From: a virus
Direction: 5' to 3' (one strand)
IMG/VR virus record: IMGVR_UViG_3300017684_000001
Coordinates: 1-64,000 of that record
Length of the DNA: 64,000 bases
Both the position numbers and the translations under genes were made by a program. The notes beneath the pieces are model-generated. The model saw nothing but the letters and a program-made list of their open reading frames with translations. It had not been told where the DNA came from and did no database searches. Positions 27,919-34,983 of the stretch are shown piece after piece; the first letter of the stretch is position 1; the number at the start of each line of letters is the position of its first letter.

Positions 27919-28277
27919 AACTTAACTCCAACTTCGATACGACGGATCAACTCGGAAGCGAGCTTATCCTCAGACGACCAAGCGTTCCTGTTCTCCGCGC
28001 GTTTGCGAAGTGCATCGAGATAAACCGCACGGTCGTACTCCTCCGGCTCGAACTGACCTTCCAGGCCGTAGCAAGAGCAATGACCGCCCGTGACCTCGTA
28101 AATCTTGTCGCCATTCCGATAGACGACGATCGCGTCGCCCGAATAATCCTCGTACTCATACGCAGCGAGATAGACCTGTTCGGGCTCCGGTACATCGGTT
28201 ACGAACTCGCTTTGCACATCTGTCCAACCGTCACGGAATAAATCGAAATAGATCGCATCTGAATTTACGGTCAACAT
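27915..28277 (-). CDS. hypothetical protein with GGHCSCYG motif
   Basis: 120 aa, acidic. Conserved-looking Cys motif. Confidence 0.55.
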   Translation of the reverse strand: MLTVNSDAIYFDLFRDGWTDVQSEFVTDVPEPEQVYLAAYEYEDYSGDAIVVYRNGDKIYEVTGGHCSCYGLEGQFEPEEYDRAVYLDALRKRAENRNAWSSEDKLASELIRRIEVGVKL

Positions 28278-28278
28278 A

Positions 28279-28551
28279 TCAGCCTCCTAAAACAGTAAAT
28301 CGATTCGAAATTAAATTGGGCAATAAGTAGACCCCTTGAGCAAGTTTAATTGTAACAGGACCAGATCGATCGAGATTATTTATCAATGAGATTGCTTCCT
28401 GAATTGTACGAAAATAACCATTGGCGCCACTCGAATCAACGTAAATCGTAATTGACGGATCGAGAGGCTTTTCTGGGAGAATGTCCAACGTCGCTGCTGC
28501 TAAGGCTGTCGCCGATGATCCAAGGAAAAAACGCCGAGACATCCGGTTCAT
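28279..28551 (-). CDS. small Tat-signal protein, possibly a truncated beta-helix enzyme
   Basis: 90 aa. MSRRFFLGSSATALAAA twin-arginine signal, then YFRTIQEAI, typical of pectate-lyase-fold N-termini. The ORF ends after about 55 mature residues. Marked low-GC patch. Confidence 0.5.
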   Translation of the reverse strand: MNRMSRRFFLGSSATALAAATLDILPEKPLDPSITIYVDSSGANGYFRTIQEAISLINNLDRSGPVTIKLAQGVYLLPNLISNRFTVLGG

Positions 28552-28555
28552 TGGA

Positions 28556-28714
28556 TCAGCCTCCGATGGCGACGAGCGTCCCCGCGAGGACCAGGAAGCC
28601 CGGGACCGCGAGAATGAGGACGAACGGCAGAAGCGCGAGCGCGAGCAGCGCGGCGAAGAACCCGTACCGGGCGATGAACGAAGCCGCGAACAGCGCGGCG
28701 ATGAGCCAGACCAT
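28556..28714 (-). CDS. small hydrophobic membrane protein
   Basis: ORF track 28556..28744. ATG 28714 (MVWLIAALFAAS...) preceded by AGGAGG. Almost entirely hydrophobic. Confidence 0.4.
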   Translation of the reverse strand: MVWLIAALFAASFIARYGFFAALLALALLPFVLILAVPGFLVLAGTLVAIGG

Positions 28715-28724
28715 GACGCGACCT

Positions 28725-28740
28725 CCTAAAAGAAAAGCGC
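28725..28740 (-). promoter_or_regulatory. orphan copy of the early box
   Basis: Minus strand GCGCTTTTCTTTTAGG is identical over 16 nt to cassette 2 (41302-41317). It lacks the A-tract, -10-like element and hairpin, and overlaps the RBS of 28714. Confidence 0.4.
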
Positions 28741-28779
28741 ACAATCCCGTAGATACGAAAACCGCGGGCGCGTCTAGCC

Positions 28780-28995
28780 CTACAGCTTCGCAACCTTGTA
28801 ATATCGCCGCGCGCGGATCCCGGCGACCTCGGAAACGATATCGCCGGTCTGTTCGAGGCGCGCGAGCGCGATCGTGACGTCGACGATCGATTCGCCGAGA
28901 TGCCCCTTGATCTCGTTCGCCGACAGCGGGAGCCGGATCTTGCGGAGAAGCTCGACGATGCGATCCGAGAGGTCGTTCGATTCCTGGGTCGTCAT
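28780..28995 (-). CDS. small winged-helix-like DNA-binding protein
   Basis: 71 aa. RIVELLRKIRLPLSANEIKGHLGESIVDVTIALARLEQTGDIV looks like a wHTH. Confidence 0.45.
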   Translation of the reverse strand: MTTQESNDLSDRIVELLRKIRLPLSANEIKGHLGESIVDVTIALARLEQTGDIVSEVAGIRARRYYKVAKL

Positions 28996-29258
28996 TTTCC
29001 GTCCGTCAGGTAGGCAAGGATTCGATTCGAGACATTGATCAGGTCCGGAAATTGAAATTCTTCGGCCTGATCCGACTGCCCTGCGAGCTTCATCGCGAGT
29101 TCGAAGGCGCGGGCGCGGGCATCGACGAGTTCGGCGCGCGAGAGCGGTGGTTTTTTGACGGCAGGTTCACCGGACGGAGGTTGAGGCAATATCGTTCGAG
29201 GATGCTGTCCGTATCCAAGATACTCAGCGCGACCCACGGTGATTCGATCTTCGCTCAC
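28992..29258 (-). CDS. hypothetical protein
   Basis: 88 aa ORF with overlapping stops/starts. Confidence 0.45.
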   Translation of the reverse strand: MSEDRITVGRAEYLGYGQHPRTILPQPPSGEPAVKKPPLSRAELVDARARAFELAMKLAGQSDQAEEFQFPDLINVSNRILAYLTDGK

Positions 29259-29512
29259 GACAATCCTCCTCCGGTTCTTGGGTCGACGCGCACGGTGTTG
29301 ATCTCGCGCATCACCTCGACCCGCTCTGGCATCTCCATGAGGCCCATCGCCTCGGAGAACGCTTCGGGCGAGACCCCGCGCCGAATTGCGACGGTCTTCA
29401 CCTTCGCCATGGTGCGCTCGACGAGGGCCGATTGCTCATCGCGCGGGTAGAACGGGTTCAGCGGCCGGAAGTGCTGCGCGATGAACGCCTCGACCTCCTC
29501 GGCGTCGGTCAT
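29255..29512 (-). CDS. hypothetical protein
   Basis: ORF track 29255..29665. ATG 29512 (MTDAEEVEAF) forms an ATGA overlap with the upstream ORF. Confidence 0.45.
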   Translation of the reverse strand: MTDAEEVEAFIAQHFRPLNPFYPRDEQSALVERTMAKVKTVAIRRGVSPEAFSEAMGLMEMPERVEVMREINTVRVDPRTGGGLS

Positions 29513-29718
29513 AGCCCATTCGCCAACTTGCGGACGTCCTCGGGCCGGAAGTCCGGGGGAAGGCCGTTCACGAGATTGCACCGGACCTCGAACGATACCG
29601 TGACCCCATCTGTCGAGATCCGATTGACCTCGCACGAGACCGATTCGTAACCGAACGCCGCCCATCGGCGCTCGATCCGACGGGCGAGCTTCGTCGCCTC
29701 GCGCTCTTCGCCGATCAT
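29509..29718 (-). CDS. hypothetical protein
   Basis: 69 aa ORF. Confidence 0.45.
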   Translation of the reverse strand: MIGEEREATKLARRIERRWAAFGYESVSCEVNRISTDGVTVSFEVRCNLVNGLPPDFRPEDVRKLANGL

Positions 29719-30515
29719 CGCTGGCCTCCGCCCATCGGCAGGTTCGCGAGCTTCCGGAGATCCGGCGCCAGGCCCGGCATCGGGTCGATCCCGAACTTCG
29801 CCGTCAGCGCGTCGATCGAGATGATCTCGGGGGTCGCGTCCTCGGCGTTGTCGACGACATAGGCGCCCGCGAGGGTCGGCGCGTTCGTCGAGGGGTCGCC
29901 GGGGATGTAGACCGCCTTCCAGAGCCGGGCCGGGACCGCGACGCGCCCCTTGAGCTTCGTCGTCAGACCGGAATACGCCGGGCCGGTCACGATCCAGCCC
30001 TCGCCGCCGATCCGCAGGACGACCTCGCGCCGGACCCGCTCCTCGATCCGGGACCAGACGCCCCGGTTATTGTTCGGGATCTGCGGGACCATGTTCGAGA
30101 GCGCGAAACTCTCACGCTGCGCCGAGGCGGTCGGCATGTCGCCGGCCGGGGCCATGTGGCCGCGATCGTATGGGGCGCCCTTGTAATCGTTCATCTCGGC
30201 GCGGAATTCGATCGGCACCTTCGCATCGGCGTGGAAGGCATCGACGCGGTCGAGGTGATTGGCGGCGATCAGGCCGGCGACCGTGAGATGCTCGGCGGCG
30301 TAGGCCGGTCCGTACGACCACGGCGAGACCGCGTTCGCGAATGCCTGGTTGCAGATCTCCAACGAGCCGACGTCCGCGGGCGGGAGATCGGGGGCCTTCC
30401 CGGCGAGGTAGTGCGCGGGACAGGCGGTGTCCGCGGCGTATGCGGGGAGGCGATCGAGGCCGAATAGAGCCGAGGCCGCGAGAATCATGGCTAGGACGGG
30501 CGAGACGGGCTTCAC
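29715..30515 (-). CDS. secreted DNA/RNA non-specific endonuclease (NucA/EndoG beta-beta-alpha-Me family)
   Basis: 266 aa. Sec-type signal MKPVSPVLAMILAASALFGLDRLPAYA. Catalytic-type motif YDRGHMAP ... SNMVPQIPNNNRGVW. Confidence 0.8.
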   Translation of the reverse strand: MKPVSPVLAMILAASALFGLDRLPAYAADTACPAHYLAGKAPDLPPADVGSLEICNQAFANAVSPWSYGPAYAAEHLTVAGLIAANHLDRVDAFHADAKVPIEFRAEMNDYKGAPYDRGHMAPAGDMPTASAQRESFALSNMVPQIPNNNRGVWSRIEERVRREVVLRIGGEGWIVTGPAYSGLTTKLKGRVAVPARLWKAVYIPGDPSTNAPTLAGAYVVDNAEDATPEIISIDALTAKFGIDPMPGLAPDLRKLANLPMGGGQR

Positions 30516-30630
30516 GCGGGGAATCCTCGGGATTGAACGGGTCGGGCTTCTGCGGGGCGTTTCTGACGATTTCGGTTTTAACGGCTGATTGCGGGCTGTG
30601 GGAAGGGGTCGGAGGGAAGAAATCTGAGTA

Positions 30631-30803
30631 GGGGAGGGGGAGGTACGGGTTCACTTTTTTAGGTCAATTCTGGGTACCGCCCCGTTTTAAGTATATATAT
30701 ATTCTTCTTCTTCTTAAATTAGAAGTAGAATACGTAGGAGAAGAAAAAACGGACCGGTACCCAGAATTGACCTAAAAAAGTGCACCCGTACCTCCCCCTC
30801 CCC
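30631..30803. repeat. long AT-rich hairpin element, copy B (divergent, G/C-extended stem)
   Basis: Same architecture and plus-strand orientation as copy A. The stem is extended by GGGGAGGGGGAGG / CCTCCCCCTCCCC. Four arm substitutions relative to A/C are each compensated in the other arm. Confidence 0.9.
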
Positions 30804-30827
30804 CTCCCCCTTTGTCGTGTATTTTTC

Positions 30828-31247
30828 TCACTTTATCGCTGCGGAACAGTCACTTACGATTTTCCCCATGATCTTGCCCCACGTTTCGGGGTCCTCGGCG
30901 TCCCAAGTCTCGGCCTGAAAAGCGAGCGCTGTCTCTCGCTTGATCAGAAGCGGGTCGCTCGTCACGAAAAGTCGGGTGCCGTAGCCGACGAGAAGGCCGA
31001 CCCGAGCCCAGGCCCCCCGGAGATTTCGGATCTCGCGGTTCTGCCCCGGACGCATCTTCCAGGTCAGTCGACCGGTTCCGGGATCGAAGTCGCCGTTTTT
31101 CAGTTCGAGCCACGCCCCGCCCATATCCGCGACCCAAACATCCGGCGTCCCGACCGTCGAGCCCCGGGTCGGCTCGATCCATTGTGGGGCGGTCGCCCAA
31201 GCCTTGACCCACTTTCGGACGTCGGCTTCTGAAGCGAAGGGCTTCAC
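30828..31247 (-). CDS. PD-(D/E)xK nuclease, VRR-NUC-like
   Basis: 139 aa. GTPDVWVADMGGAWLELKNG ... MRPGQNREIRNL resembles the VRR-NUC core (from memory). Confidence 0.45.
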   Translation of the reverse strand: MKPFASEADVRKWVKAWATAPQWIEPTRGSTVGTPDVWVADMGGAWLELKNGDFDPGTGRLTWKMRPGQNREIRNLRGAWARVGLLVGYGTRLFVTSDPLLIKRETALAFQAETWDAEDPETWGKIMGKIVSDCSAAIK

Positions 31248-31489
31248 TCCAATTCTCCGTTCTCAAACGACGCGTTCAGTCGGCTCGTCGCGACGAACGC
31301 GAGACAGACTCCACTGACCGCGAATCCACCGACGTCAGTCAGAGCCGTTAAGATCCCTTCGATCAGGGCGATCGCGTAGAGCAGGACCGCCCATCGCAGA
31401 TCGAGCCGTCGCTCACGGCGGAAGGCCCGACGCTGATCGTCGATGCGCCTCTTCCAGCCGGCGTCGTCCCAACGATCCGTATTTTCCAT
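31244..31489 (-). CDS. small membrane protein
   Basis: ORF track 31244..31519. ATG 31489 (MENTDRWDD) forms an ATGA overlap with the primase-helicase stop. Two hydrophobic segments. Confidence 0.4.
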   Translation of the reverse strand: MENTDRWDDAGWKRRIDDQRRAFRRERRLDLRWAVLLYAIALIEGILTALTDVGGFAVSGVCLAFVATSRLNASFENGELE

Positions 31490-33741
31490 CACATCTCTCC
31501 GTCGATGATCTCGCCGCACTTCGTCATCCGGTCCCGGATCAGGGAGTTTTGTCCGACCTCCTTCAGCCGATCCCGTTCCTTCTTCTCCATCTCCGGAAAC
31601 TCACGGTCCTTCGCATCGCCTAAGGCCCGAAGCTCCTCGACCAACTCGGCGTTGACGATCACGTACTGCAACCGCCCGTTGACCTTGATCCGTCCGCCCC
31701 AGGCGAAGACCCCGCAATCGACCATCGCCTTCCGGATCTCGTAGTCCGAATCGAACACGCGCCCCTGCGCATGAGCCCTGACGAAACCGACCACGTCCTT
31801 CAGCGCCACGGCCGCCGGCCGCTTCAAATCCCGCAACGCCTCGGCGACCGCGGCAGCCTCCGATTGGCCCTCGGACCGCGAGCCCTCGATCATCTCCTTC
31901 TTCCGCTCGGTCATCGGCGCTTGTTCGGCCGGCTCAACGTAATCCCCAAACTCATGGGCCCACCGTTTAACTATAGAAAGCCCTCCGGCCTCGATCCATT
32001 CGCGAAAATAATTGAACTGCTTTTTCGTCCAAGGTATTTCCGTGACTTCTGGATAGAACCATCTCCGGTCGTCATTTTCCATTTTCAGGGCGCGCATGGA
32101 GTTACTACACGCCAAAACGTGGCACCAATTATCAATAACGTATTGCCGTGTATATTTTTGATTTACCATCACCTCTTTATCTGTGATGACAGACTTAAGC
32201 GCGTTGTAAGCTTTCCAACTTGAACCGGAATATATTTCGTTAACGACGGCAAGACGTTTATGAGCGACCCATTCATTGAACGTCGCCGTCACATCGTTCT
32301 CGCCCGGATATCCGACGTTCGAGACCCCGACCAAGGGAGCCAGGATCCCGGCCCCGAGCGTCGTCTTTCCGACGCCCTGCTTCTCCGAGATCAGCAAGAG
32401 TCCGTAGCTCATCCGGATATCTGGCCGCGCGATCAGCGTGGCGCACCACCGCTCGACCTCGCGCCGCTCGCCTGCGTTCGGAAACAGGTACGCGAGGAAT
32501 TCGAGGAACGGCTCGACGTTTCCCGGGGCGGGCTTGATCGGTCCCGGGACGTGGAGGTTGATCGCCGAAGAGCCCCGGAACGTGACCGACAGCCCCTCGT
32601 GATCCGGCCGGTAGCACAGCCGGGTCGCGCGCCCCTGATACGCCTTGACGATCAGCCGCGAGGTCTCGTTCACATGCGAGAACGGCGCGAGCATCTTGTT
32701 CAGGATCGCTTCTGCACGGAGGATCTCCGGCATCTCGCGACAGACGAACAGATCGGCCTCCTCGACGTAGGCCCACATGTTCCGGAAGCTCTCGCGCAGG
32801 ACCGTGACCGGTCGCCCCTTGCCGTCGGCCGGCGGGATCTGATCCGTCGCCCAGGTCGCGGGATGCTGGCATTCCCGGAACGCCGGCCCGGTATAGTACG
32901 CCCCGCCGAACATCTTCTCCGGGAACCGGTCGGCGAGATCGAAGCTCGACGGGAACTCGTCGGTAAACTGGATCGTGAACGTCGCGCAGCGCAGCGCCTG
33001 GGCGATTTTCGGGACCGCCGAGCGACCGGCTTCGTCGTTGTCCGCAACGATGAACGCCCGCGTCACCCCGGCCCGCTTCAGCGCGCCCCAGTCCGTCCGC
33101 GCCGGGCTCATCGCCCCGCCGATCCAGCCGAGGTGGACCGCCCCGCTCAATTCCGCGCCCCACGGGTGGGCCTTCAGCGCGTCCCGGTCCTCGCGCGTCT
33201 TCCCGTCGACGAGGCGCTGAATGTAACGGGCCGCCTTCGCACCCTCGTGGATGAACACCGTCGATGATCCCTTCAGCAGATGGGCGTTGTAGATCGGCAA
33301 CGGCCCGTCGGGCTCGGCGCAGCGCCACTGGTCGTCGTCCCAGTACGTCCACGGGACGTAGGCCCGCTCGCCGTCGCGCTCGATCCGAACCTGGACCATG
33401 ACGACGTCGTTCGCCTCGTCGCGAAACTCGTAGACGTCTTTCGGGTCGGCCTCGCGGATCATAGGCGGCGGATCGGCGACGACGCTGAGTTTCTTGATCT
33501 GCGGCCACGTGTACCCGGCGCAGTCCTCGACGATCGCGGCGAGTTCCTTCTCGGTCGGCGCGTACTCGGTCGGCGCGTCGATCGCCCCGTTCGGCGCGAC
33601 CCGGATCACGGCGAGGTCACGCCAGTACTTCCCCGAGACCTCCTTGACGACCGCGGTGCGGAGCGACCGCGGTTCGGCGCCGATCCGGGAGAAGTAATCC
33701 CGCAGCGCCGGGACGTCGGTCAGGATCTTAAGTCGGTTCAT
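31489..33741 (-). CDS. DNA primase/helicase (Toprim-like N-half, D5/P4-type SF3 NTPase C-half)
   Basis: 750 aa. FIHEGAKAARY...FIVADNDEAGR is Toprim-like. Walker A is LLISEKQGVGKTTLG. Walker B-like motif is LAVVNEI. Confidence 0.75.
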   Translation of the reverse strand: MNRLKILTDVPALRDYFSRIGAEPRSLRTAVVKEVSGKYWRDLAVIRVAPNGAIDAPTEYAPTEKELAAIVEDCAGYTWPQIKKLSVVADPPPMIREADPKDVYEFRDEANDVVMVQVRIERDGERAYVPWTYWDDDQWRCAEPDGPLPIYNAHLLKGSSTVFIHEGAKAARYIQRLVDGKTREDRDALKAHPWGAELSGAVHLGWIGGAMSPARTDWGALKRAGVTRAFIVADNDEAGRSAVPKIAQALRCATFTIQFTDEFPSSFDLADRFPEKMFGGAYYTGPAFRECQHPATWATDQIPPADGKGRPVTVLRESFRNMWAYVEEADLFVCREMPEILRAEAILNKMLAPFSHVNETSRLIVKAYQGRATRLCYRPDHEGLSVTFRGSSAINLHVPGPIKPAPGNVEPFLEFLAYLFPNAGERREVERWCATLIARPDIRMSYGLLLISEKQGVGKTTLGAGILAPLVGVSNVGYPGENDVTATFNEWVAHKRLAVVNEIYSGSSWKAYNALKSVITDKEVMVNQKYTRQYVIDNWCHVLACSNSMRALKMENDDRRWFYPEVTEIPWTKKQFNYFREWIEAGGLSIVKRWAHEFGDYVEPAEQAPMTERKKEMIEGSRSEGQSEAAAVAEALRDLKRPAAVALKDVVGFVRAHAQGRVFDSDYEIRKAMVDCGVFAWGGRIKVNGRLQYVIVNAELVEELRALGDAKDREFPEMEKKERDRLKEVGQNSLIRDRMTKCGEIIDGEM

Positions 33742-33892
33742 GAATCGCTCGCTCGGAACGTTAATGCTTCATCGGATAGTTTAGGGAGAAGGCGCCGGAA
33801 AGCGTACTCGGTCGCGGGCGGCGGCGCTAGTCTACCAAGGAGACCTCGGCATCGGCTGCTGTCCTGCGAGGGGGGGCTTAGGACTCTCGCGG

Positions 33893-34144
33893 TCATGATG
33901 CCTTCTCCCGGGACAGGGCCTGGCGGCCGGCGGGCAGATGCCCGAGAATGACGGCCTCCAAGGCGATCCGAGCATCGTCCCACGTCGTTCTTGCTCGATG
34001 GAGAGCGTTGCCGCTGATCCCCTCGCTTGCCTCTCGGCTATGCTCGATCGCGGCATTCTCTAGCGCCTCGATCGCATCGGAGATGGCATGGGGCAGTTTC
34101 CCGCCCCGCCCCTCTGCTGCGGTGGATGGTGTATCGGACTGCAT
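33893..34144 (-). CDS. hypothetical protein
   Basis: ORF track 33893..34258. ATG 34144 (MQSDTPST) lies 1 nt after the upstream stop. Confidence 0.35.
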   Translation of the reverse strand: MQSDTPSTAAEGRGGKLPHAISDAIEALENAAIEHSREASEGISGNALHRARTTWDDARIALEAVILGHLPAGRQALSREKAS

Positions 34145-34145
34145 G

Positions 34146-34331
34146 TCATGTCTCCGGGGTGAGGGATGTCGTTTTCCTGATCGCTTCGAAGGTCGCCCTG
34201 CTGAGGCAGACCACATCACCCGGCCGATAGTGATCCGACAGGTTGCCGACCGGCCCAACCATCACGACGCTGCCATCGCGGACCAAAGCGTAGCGGCCGA
34301 CTGGGATCAGATCGCTGCCGTGGATCTTCAT
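34146..34331 (-). CDS. hypothetical protein
   Basis: 61 aa ORF. Confidence 0.35.
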   Translation of the reverse strand: MKIHGSDLIPVGRYALVRDGSVVMVGPVGNLSDHYRPGDVVCLSRATFEAIRKTTSLTPET

Positions 34332-34341
34332 GGCTCAGGTC

Positions 34342-34578
34342 TTACCTGTTAGTGCCCACAGGATGAGGCGCACTGGTCGATCCAGTGGGCTCCTCTCCGG
34401 CGGGCTGTGGTTGATGGGTTAGAGATGGCTCCAGAGCGAACGCGGCCCTCAGAGCCGCAGCCATCGCGTGAACGTCGGTCACTTCGAACGGCTCGCGTGC
34501 GAGGGCTTCCCAGCTACGCTTGTTGAACGCAGCGACTGCGGCTTCAATCTGCTCATTCGTTGGTTCAAAGCTGCTCAT
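34342..34578 (-). CDS. hypothetical protein
   Basis: 78 aa ORF. AAGAGGG upstream of the ATG. Confidence 0.4.
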   Translation of the reverse strand: MSSFEPTNEQIEAAVAAFNKRSWEALAREPFEVTDVHAMAAALRAAFALEPSLTHQPQPAGEEPTGSTSAPHPVGTNR

Positions 34579-34636
34579 GGTGCAGCCCTCTTAGTGCCTC
34601 GCCGGATGTGGCGGTTCGGTTGATCCAGGGCGCCCA

Positions 34637-34756
34637 TCACAGCTTTCCGTTGCTGACGACCCACATTGCAATGCCAGCCAAGGCCAAGCACGCCCCGGCC
34701 AGCTTAAGTAGAATGAATGCCTGCGATAAATCGCTGAAAGGTATGAAATTGTACAT
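34637..34756 (-). CDS. 39-aa hydrophobic peptide (candidate)
   Basis: Hand-translated: MYNFIPFSDLSQAFILLKLAGACLALAGIAMWVVSNGKL. Below the ORF-track cutoff. Lies in a lower-GC gap after dnaE. Confidence 0.25.
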   Translation of the reverse strand: MYNFIPFSDLSQAFILLKLAGACLALAGIAMWVVSNGKL

Positions 34757-34983
34757 CTTATGGGTCGCCTATTCGGGCCGATCCGCAGGGCACGGGAAAC
34801 CATTACCGCTCATCTCAGTGCTCCATGTTCTTCCGAGCTTCGCGTCTCTCATGTCGATAAACCCAATCCCCAACGTAAGGCAGAAGCGCAAAGCTCAGCC
34901 AATGCAAAGGCGCGTGCAGCTCGTTCTCTCCTAGATGGCCTTGAAGGTTCAGCCGGGGTCTGTGCCGCGCCCGACCTGTGTGT

